Below are positions 57,912-64,000 of a DNA stretch of 64,000 bases, one piece after another (within the stretch, counting starts at the first letter, position 1; every line of letters begins with the position of its first letter). Origin of the DNA: an uncultured Actinomycetes bacterium (GTDB lineage: Bacteria; Actinomycetota; Acidimicrobiia; Acidimicrobiales; RAAP-2); assembly GCA_903893745.1 (NCBI GenBank), contig CAITNF010000006.1, positions 34,995 to 98,994 on the forward strand, given 5' to 3'. A model generated the notes under the pieces. The model ran no database searches. It was given only the letters and a program-made list of their open reading frames with translations, and was not told the DNA's origin. The position numbers and the translations under genes were made by a program.

Positions 57912-59111
57912 CTAGTCCTCATCAATCGTGAAGGGGCGATGCACCGCCCCGAGCGTGATCCCCGCAGCGTGCTGATCGGGCTGTTCGCCTCGCGCTAGCT
58001 GAGCTCTCGTCGCGGCCCGAGACCAGCGCATTTCTACCTGGCCGTAGCGCCAGTACAGCAGCGCCCCCAACCAAATCACGACAAAGAGTCCGACGATGGT
58101 GAACCCGGCCTTATTGATATTGAAGGCAGCAGCGTAGTCCCATAGTCCCCCCCGCAGGTTCAACTGATTCGCCAACACCTGAAGCAGTTCGAGCGTGCCA
58201 ATGTAGAACGCGACAACGACGCTGAGGCCCGTAATGGTGATGTTGTAGTAGACCTTGCGGACGGGCTTCGAGAACGCCCAACCGTAGGAAAAATTCATGA
58301 ATGATCCGTCAATGGTGTCGAGCAAACTCATTCCAGCAGCAAAGAGAATCGGCAGACTTAAAATTGCCCAGAGTGGGAGTCCGGCCGCCACCGAAGTGCC
58401 CGCAAGGATGAGGAAGGCTACTTCCGTCGCCGTATCAAAGCCCAGGCCAAACAAAACTCCTAGTGGATACATCTTCCACGGGCTATCAATTGAACGCGCG
58501 AGGGGGCCAAAGAAGCGCATCATGAAGCCGCGGGCGTTCAAATGTTTCTCTAGCTCCGAGTCATCGAAACGGCCCTGGCGCATTTGAATGAAGAGGCGAA
58601 CAATGCCCACCAAAATGACGGCATTCAGCGCTGCGATGAGGTAAAGGAACGTACCCGAGACGAGTGTTCCGATAAGTCCTCCGTAATGATGAAGTGACGA
58701 GTTTGAGTTTCGTACTTGACTACCCAGTGATTTTGCCCCGAGTCCGAGAAGGACGGTGAGCACAAAGACAACCGAAGAGTGACCGAGTGAAAAGAAAAAT
58801 CCGACCGACATCGGTCTGCGTCCTTCAGACATGAACTTTCTGGTGGTGTTGTCAATGGCCGCAATGTGATCAGCGTCAAAAGCGTGGCGCATCCCCAAGG
58901 TGTAGGCGAGCACTCCGGTGCCAATGCCAAGTGCCGATCCATTACCGACGTGAAAGTGACTTCGAGTCGCCACGAGTAACAACGTGATGCCAACCACGTG
59001 GAGCAGGACAATAAAGCCGAACATGTAGTACATCACCCGCCACTCCGACGCCGAAAGTACCGCACGCACTCTGCTTCGCAGCGTGAGGGGCTCTGTCGTC
59101 ATGATGGCCAT
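57912..59111 (-). CDS. NiCoT (HoxN/HupN/NixA) nickel/cobalt permease
   Basis: RHAFDADHIAAIDN, FFSLGHSSVV, FGLGFDTATE. Confidence 0.93.
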   Translation of the reverse strand: MAIMTTEPLTLRSRVRAVLSASEWRVMYYMFGFIVLLHVVGITLLLVATRSHFHVGNGSALGIGTGVLAYTLGMRHAFDADHIAAIDNTTRKFMSEGRRPMSVGFFFSLGHSSVVFVLTVLLGLGAKSLGSQVRNSNSSLHHYGGLIGTLVSGTFLYLIAALNAVILVGIVRLFIQMRQGRFDDSELEKHLNARGFMMRFFGPLARSIDSPWKMYPLGVLFGLGFDTATEVAFLILAGTSVAAGLPLWAILSLPILFAAGMSLLDTIDGSFMNFSYGWAFSKPVRKVYYNITITGLSVVVAFYIGTLELLQVLANQLNLRGGLWDYAAAFNINKAGFTIVGLFVVIWLGALLYWRYGQVEMRWSRAATRAQLARGEQPDQHAAGITLGAVHRPFTIDED

Positions 59112-59149
59112 GGGGCCACCTTAACGGGAATTATTCCTATTAAGACAGA

Positions 59150-60088
59150 TTACGAGGCCGACCGCTGGAATCCGGCACGGGTGCCACGAGTAACGAACTT
59201 TGTGGCCATCTTACGACTCGCTTCGTCAATCATTTCGTCACCGAACATGACCGCACCCACATTGCTCTCCTCGGTGGCGACCCGATATGCCTCGAGAATG
59301 TCCCAAGCCTTGTCGAACTGCTCTTGGGTTGGCGAGTACACCTCGTTTAAAACCAGAGCCTGATCAGGCGTGAGCGCCCACTTTCCGTCATAACCCAAGA
59401 CTCGGGTGCGCTGAGCGAATTCACGCAACGCATCGAGTTCGCGAACTTTCAAGAACGGACCATCAATAACTTGCAGTCCATTTGCTCGCCCCGCCATCAA
59501 GATTCGAGAAAACACATAGTTGAAGTGATCGCCGGGATATTCGGGGATCGCGACGCCACCGGTCAATACGGGCATCTCAATCGAGGCGGCAAAGTCCGCC
59601 GGTCCAAAAATGATCGTTTCGAGTCGAGGCGAAGCGGCGCAGATTTCATCAACGTTGATCAGTCCTCGCGCCGTTTCAATTTGAGCCTCAATTCCGATGT
59701 GTCCAATCGGTAGATCGGCGTTCTTCTCGACCTGGGTCAGTAAGAGATCCATCGCGACGACTTCCGCCGCGCTTTGCACCTTGGGCAACATAATCTCGTC
59801 CAGTCGCTGACCAGCGTTACCCACTACCTCAATAACATCACCGTACGTCCACTGCGTATCCCACGCGTTGACCCGCACACACAAAACTCGGTCACCCCAG
59901 TCCTGATCGCGGATGGCCCGGATGACTTTTGACCTGGCCGCCACCTTCTCGTTCGGAGCGACCGAGTCTTCGAGATCGAGGAACGTCATGTCCGCGGTGG
60001 CGGTAGGGGCCTTCGCGAGAAAGCGGTCGGAGGAGCCTGGCGTCGATAGACAGGAGCGGCGAGGGAGGTTACGGGAACGTTCTGACAT
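59150..60088 (-). CDS. CitE/HpcH family CoA-ester lyase, probable malyl/beta-methylmalyl-CoA lyase
   Basis: RRSCLSTPG, LDLEDSV, VRVN, QIET, FGPADF, GYDGKW; start ATG 60088. Confidence 0.85.
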   Translation of the reverse strand: MSERSRNLPRRSCLSTPGSSDRFLAKAPTATADMTFLDLEDSVAPNEKVAARSKVIRAIRDQDWGDRVLCVRVNAWDTQWTYGDVIEVVGNAGQRLDEIMLPKVQSAAEVVAMDLLLTQVEKNADLPIGHIGIEAQIETARGLINVDEICAASPRLETIIFGPADFAASIEMPVLTGGVAIPEYPGDHFNYVFSRILMAGRANGLQVIDGPFLKVRELDALREFAQRTRVLGYDGKWALTPDQALVLNEVYSPTQEQFDKAWDILEAYRVATEESNVGAVMFGDEMIDEASRKMATKFVTRGTRAGFQRSAS

Positions 60089-60239
60089 GGTGACGAGCAT
60101 ATTCTTCGTGACGACCCGGACATTCTCAACGCGCGCGATCACCAGCCAGTACTTCTTTTCTGCCCAATGACCAGGAGTTAAATAGGACTTTGCTGCCGTG
60201 TGCGGTACTTCTGGCGGCCCAAACCGGTAGCCTTGAAAT

Positions 60240-61346
60240 GTGACTGACGTCGAGCGCTTCGGGCGCTTATCGACGATTCGGCCGGCAAGAGAGCTCCGCC
60301 GATTGAGGTGGGTTATCGCCGTGCTGGCTGCTGTCGCAGTGTGTTCAAGCACTGTGGCCGTCTCACCACGCCCAGCCGGCGCATCAAAATTGGCCAGTGA
60401 ACGTGCCCGCGCCGTCGCCCTCTACAACCAGATTCAGCGCATCAACGGGCACGTGGAATTCTTAGGTCAACGATACGACCAAGCCCAAATCAAACTCAAC
60501 CAAATCAATAACGAAATCACCAATACGCGAAGTGCTGTTGCCAATATTGAACGTCGAGTGCACCAGGGCAACTCACGACTTCGCTCCGACGCCATCTTCG
60601 CGTACGTCACGAACGGTTCGGCGCAAAACAATAACCCTCTCTTTGGTTCCGACGCCACAAAAATTGGGGCCACCAACGTGTACAACCGACTCGCCGAAGG
60701 GAACATCGGTACCACGCTGGCGAATTTAAAGAACAATCGAATTGAATTGACCCAGCAGCGCTCGAAGTTAGCTGCAGAGGATCGTCAAGCTGCTGCTGCG
60801 GCGGCGACCGCGAAGAAGGCTTTTCGCGAAGCACAGGGCCTTCAAGCGTCGCTCCAGCGAGCACTCGCGCAAGTAAAGGGACAGATTGCCTATTACGTGC
60901 GCCAAGCGGCAGCCGCGGCAGCCGCGAAAGCCGCTTCGGCATTCGGCCACTCCAAGCGCATCAAGGGCTTCCCCGCACCGCCGCCCAACTCAAAGGCCAA
61001 TATTGCCATCCGGGCAGCCGAAAGTTTTATTGGCGTGCCGTACGTGTGGGGTGGCGCTAGCCATTCGGGCGTGGACTGTTCGGGCCTGATTATGTTGGCC
61101 TACGCCGCGGCTGGCATATTCTTCCCTCACTACTCGGGCGCCCAATATGCCGATACTGTTCGCGTACCCCTCTGGGCTATTCGACCCGGGGATCTACTCT
61201 TCTACGGTTGGCACGGCAATCAGCACGTCGCGATGTACGTAGGACACGGGGCCATGATTGAGGCTGAGATGACCGGAACCCGAGTTCACATCACGCCAGT
61301 TCGACTCGGTTACGGCTTCGCTGGTCTCGGTCGCCCGCGGACCTAG
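60240..61346 (+). CDS. Secreted coiled-coil NlpC/P60 peptidoglycan endopeptidase
   Basis: Signal peptide, coiled coil, PYVWGG, DCSGL, PGDLLF, HVAMY. Confidence 0.92.
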   Translation: MTDVERFGRLSTIRPARELRRLRWVIAVLAAVAVCSSTVAVSPRPAGASKLASERARAVALYNQIQRINGHVEFLGQRYDQAQIKLNQINNEITNTRSAVANIERRVHQGNSRLRSDAIFAYVTNGSAQNNNPLFGSDATKIGATNVYNRLAEGNIGTTLANLKNNRIELTQQRSKLAAEDRQAAAAAATAKKAFREAQGLQASLQRALAQVKGQIAYYVRQAAAAAAAKAASAFGHSKRIKGFPAPPPNSKANIAIRAAESFIGVPYVWGGASHSGVDCSGLIMLAYAAAGIFFPHYSGAQYADTVRVPLWAIRPGDLLFYGWHGNQHVAMYVGHGAMIEAEMTGTRVHITPVRLGYGFAGLGRPRT

Positions 61347-61348
61347 GC

Positions 61349-62107
61349 GTGAGCGCCTTGCCCACGGCCCTGCACGCGGGCCCCTTTACCTTTCACCTCT
61401 ACGGCTTCGGGCTCGCCATCGCGGCGTATTGCAGTTACCTTTACGCCCGACGACGCCTTACGGGTGCTGGATTGCGCGTTGAACCGTTTGCTCGTTTCGC
61501 GGGCATCCTCATCGCGAGTGGACTGGTCGGTGCTCGCGTTGCCCATATCGCCACGAATTGGCACTACTACGCGAACCGTCCCCTGCAATGGTTTGCTCTG
61601 TGGCAAGGGGGCCTCGCGAGTTTTGGGGGCATTGCGCTGGCGTTGCCGCTTGCGATTTTTTTCTTACACCGCTGGTGGCCCGAATCATCGCGAAGTAACT
61701 TTTGCGATGCACTGATTCCAGCTCTTGTCGCCGGTTGGGCCCTCGGTCGAGTACTGGGGCCACAGTTCATGGTGAACGGAGGTGGTCATCTCACTCATCA
61801 GTGGTTCGGCATGCACTACACCGGCCAAATGGGCGCACGTGTGCCGGTGCCCCTTATTCAAGGTGTCGAGGATGGACTGCTCTGGTTAGGTCTGCTCGGT
61901 CTCCAACGACGAGGTTGGGCTACACGGGCGGGCACGTTGACTGGTGTGGCAATGATTGTCTGGGGAGTCGTACGCGCGCTGGACGAGCGCCTCTTATTGG
62001 GTCAACAGTCGCACAGCGGTTCACTTGGCGTGCAGATAGCTGGTCTCGTTTTGGCCTTGGGCGGCGTTGTCATTCTCGTACGACGCCCCACGTCACCAGC
62101 TCCATAA
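61349..62107 (+). CDS. lgt: Prolipoprotein diacylglyceryl transferase (divergent)
   Basis: HLYG, GARVAH, WQGGLASFGG, LGR; multi-TM. Confidence 0.75.
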   Translation: MSALPTALHAGPFTFHLYGFGLAIAAYCSYLYARRRLTGAGLRVEPFARFAGILIASGLVGARVAHIATNWHYYANRPLQWFALWQGGLASFGGIALALPLAIFFLHRWWPESSRSNFCDALIPALVAGWALGRVLGPQFMVNGGGHLTHQWFGMHYTGQMGARVPVPLIQGVEDGLLWLGLLGLQRRGWATRAGTLTGVAMIVWGVVRALDERLLLGQQSHSGSLGVQIAGLVLALGGVVILVRRPTSPAP

Positions 62108-62148
62108 GGCCGTCGAGCTACGCGCTAAGGACTTAACGTAACGAACGT

Positions 62149-63162
62149 TTAGAAGAGAGCGTTCCACTCTTCATTCGTGAGTTGACCAAGTCGGTTCAGC
62201 GACTCGGGTACCGACACTGGCGACCGATCATGGTCAATATAAGAAAGGTGTTCAAGATTTAGCCGTCGCCAAGGTTGAAAGACTACGCGGGTCGACCAGG
62301 GATTCGAGTAGATCCCGCGCACTAAAAGTTCCTGGTCCGATGCGGCGATGACGAGCGCCGGACGCTCTTTGGCCCGCCGTAGTTCTTCGTCGATAGTGCC
62401 ATTATCGAAAGGCAGCTCCACAATCACCACGGTTCCCACTAGGGGGTGCGAGCCGCTAAAACGCGCTTCCTCCACGGGCGTCAACATCACCCGGCGGCGA
62501 TCGGTCACGAGACCAGGTTCAATAGTGCTGACCGGCAGCGGCTCTGAAGTGGTGGAGGGTAGCGCGCGAGGTGTACGAGTCTTCGGCATGCTTCGAGGTG
62601 CCGAACCACCCTTTTTGCGACGCTTCTCTTCTTCTCGACGGGCCTGACGTTGGGCACGAATTTCCGGGTCGACCACCTTGGGCGACATCAATGTGGGTGA
62701 CACGTTGAATTCCGGCAGTGGCGGAAGGGCCCACCCGGCGCGCTCGTCGAGTAGCCGGCGACAGTGTGGCGCAGCCGGAAACTCCTCGCTGATTGCGAAC
62801 GTCAGTAGTGCCACAATTTCGTCAGTCGTCACCTCGCGCGCGAGTAGGGCATCAATTGCGCCTTCCAATTGTTCGTGCGTCGGACTATCGGCATGGTCGC
62901 CTAACTCAGCAATTACCTGCTCGAGTGGCGCCATCGCCAGGAGCTCAAGCACTGCGCGAACCGCCGCCGGCGGCGCCGCAATAGCGAAGGCCGCTACATC
63001 ACGACGTTGCTGAAGTCCTCGAAGCGGCATACCCACGACCGCGCTGACTCTGGAGTTGCCCTTCAGATTCAGCGCGTCCACCGCCGCGAGGATTGTTTCA
63101 GGCGCAATCTTTAAGAGTCCGCGACGAAGATACTCCGTCGAACTTGGCGAGTTCGAAGTCAT
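62149..63162 (-). CDS. Hypothetical protein with C-terminal PemK/MazF-like domain
   Basis: C-terminal ~95 aa GTVVIVELPF..KERPALVI..GIYS..W..L..SYI..LGQL..EW. Confidence 0.7.
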   Translation of the reverse strand: MTSNSPSSTEYLRRGLLKIAPETILAAVDALNLKGNSRVSAVVGMPLRGLQQRRDVAAFAIAAPPAAVRAVLELLAMAPLEQVIAELGDHADSPTHEQLEGAIDALLAREVTTDEIVALLTFAISEEFPAAPHCRRLLDERAGWALPPLPEFNVSPTLMSPKVVDPEIRAQRQARREEEKRRKKGGSAPRSMPKTRTPRALPSTTSEPLPVSTIEPGLVTDRRRVMLTPVEEARFSGSHPLVGTVVIVELPFDNGTIDEELRRAKERPALVIAASDQELLVRGIYSNPWSTRVVFQPWRRLNLEHLSYIDHDRSPVSVPESLNRLGQLTNEEWNALF

Positions 63163-63172
63163 GGTAAATGAA

Positions 63173-63634
63173 TTAGTTAGTGTGCGGTGTCAAAAGTTGA
63201 TCCGCGCTCACTGCATCAACAAATCGACGTTGGGCGGCGTAGCTATGACCAAGACCTGAGAAGAGAGCAGTCTTTACTCCGGTGATCGTCGCGGACCCAT
63301 CTAAACCAAACAGAGAAAGGGCGTGCTGTACGTCGCTCTGTATTGGTCCACGGCCAATTAGACCCGCACGCTTGGCGGCCACGAGCGCAATGCCAATTTC
63401 CACGTCGTGACGATCGTGTTCGTGGGCAAAGTTGAGTCGGGCCACTTCGTGATGGGCAATGGTGAGGGCGTAACCCGCGTTGGGAGCGGGCGTGCCCTGT
63501 CCCGTCACACTGACGGATTGAGCAAAACGCTGTAAGCCGGCCTTTTTCGGTCGTACGAGTTCGGGCGTAGGCGTCGACATCGAAGGTCGCACCTCACCCG
63601 AGGCAGAAACTGGGGAAAATGTTGGTTGAGCCAC
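63173..63634 (-). CDS. Hypothetical protein
   Basis: 153-aa ORF with TAGTCT-N6-GTG start; GTPAPNAGYAL, KRAGLIGRGP; 10 bp before the next gene. Confidence 0.75.
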   Translation of the reverse strand: MAQPTFSPVSASGEVRPSMSTPTPELVRPKKAGLQRFAQSVSVTGQGTPAPNAGYALTIAHHEVARLNFAHEHDRHDVEIGIALVAAKRAGLIGRGPIQSDVQHALSLFGLDGSATITGVKTALFSGLGHSYAAQRRFVDAVSADQLLTPHTN

Positions 63635-63659
63635 GTACCGAGACTACTTGCCGCGAGCC

Positions 63660-64000
63660 TCAAACTCTCGCTAGCCAACTCTCGTACTGCGCTAACTCGC
63701 CCCGCACCGCTTGGAAGTACGTGGACTGAATGGCCTTGGTAATCGGTCCCGGTTTCCCGCTCCCCACCAGGCGGTCGTCGACCGAACCAATTGGAACAAC
63801 TTCGGCCGCGGTGCCGGTCAAAAAGGCCTCGTCAGCCAGGTAGAGGTCGTCACGACGCATTGACTCGAAACTCACCTCGTAGCCAAGGTCGTTCGCAATC
63901 GTCACCACACTCGCCTGTGTAATACCGCGTAGCGCGCCGGCCTCTGATGGTGGTGGGCTGATTAGTACACCGTCACGCACAATAAAGAGATTTTCACCAG
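63660..64000 (-). CDS. ilvE: Branched-chain amino acid aminotransferase (3' part, truncated by window)
   Basis: GENLFIVRDG, GITQASV, ADEAFLTGTAAEVVPI, PGPIT. Confidence 0.92.
   Translation of the reverse strand, partial: GENLFIVRDGVLISPPPSEAGALRGITQASVVTIANDLGYEVSFESMRRDDLYLADEAFLTGTAAEVVPIGSVDDRLVGSGKPGPITKAIQSTYFQAVRGELAQYESWLARV

Noticed and set aside
60180-60239. c-di-AMP riboswitch or PafBC-type promoter (TGGCGG-N10-TAGCCT) before NlpC/P60
   Set aside because: Only AACCGGTAGCC resembles the riboswitch 3' end and the gene looks leaderless; the PafBC-like motif has a mismatch and is a single weak hit
1-64000. Many 60-250-aa overlapping antisense ORFs in the track
   Set aside because: Typical shadow ORFs of GC-rich coding DNA, with no motifs or start signals

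Overview
A 64 kb chromosomal segment (roughly 60% GC by eye, not computed), densely coding, whose gene content and protein style fit an actinobacterium, most likely Acidimicrobiia (inference). Mostly housekeeping: tldD/pmbA, dxs, msrB, ftsEX, prfB, secA, rmlD/GT2, birA/accA, split methylmalonyl-CoA mutase, moeB, pepA, pduO/metH, lpdA-E2-lipBA, rnhA, thiE, a dispersed SUF system with two sufC, ptrB, mutY, a lower ethylmalonyl-CoA-pathway-like cluster (mcd/mch/mcl) around a NiCoT permease, NlpC/P60-lgt and partial ilvE. I found no rRNA, tRNA, CRISPR array, integrase or transposase. Best leads: (1) an unannotated ~265-nt structured RNA between the GT2 gene and secA, with its own TAGAAT -10 box and 3' U-tract (Ms1/6S-like architecture); (2) a helicase-less MobF/TrwC relaxase 33 bp downstream of a fused PafB-PafC WYL regulator, its ribosome-binding site inside a GAAA-capped hairpin; (3) a protein with a C-terminal PemK/MazF-like domain fused to an unknown helical domain; (4) a LipB-LipA fusion beside an E2 with a degenerate active site; (5) a four-Cys protein behind sufB. 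Many start codons were refined from a recurring TANNNT-N6-start (leaderless) pattern. All family calls come from motif recognition by eye, with no database searches. The window edges cut off the context of the relaxase and ilvE.
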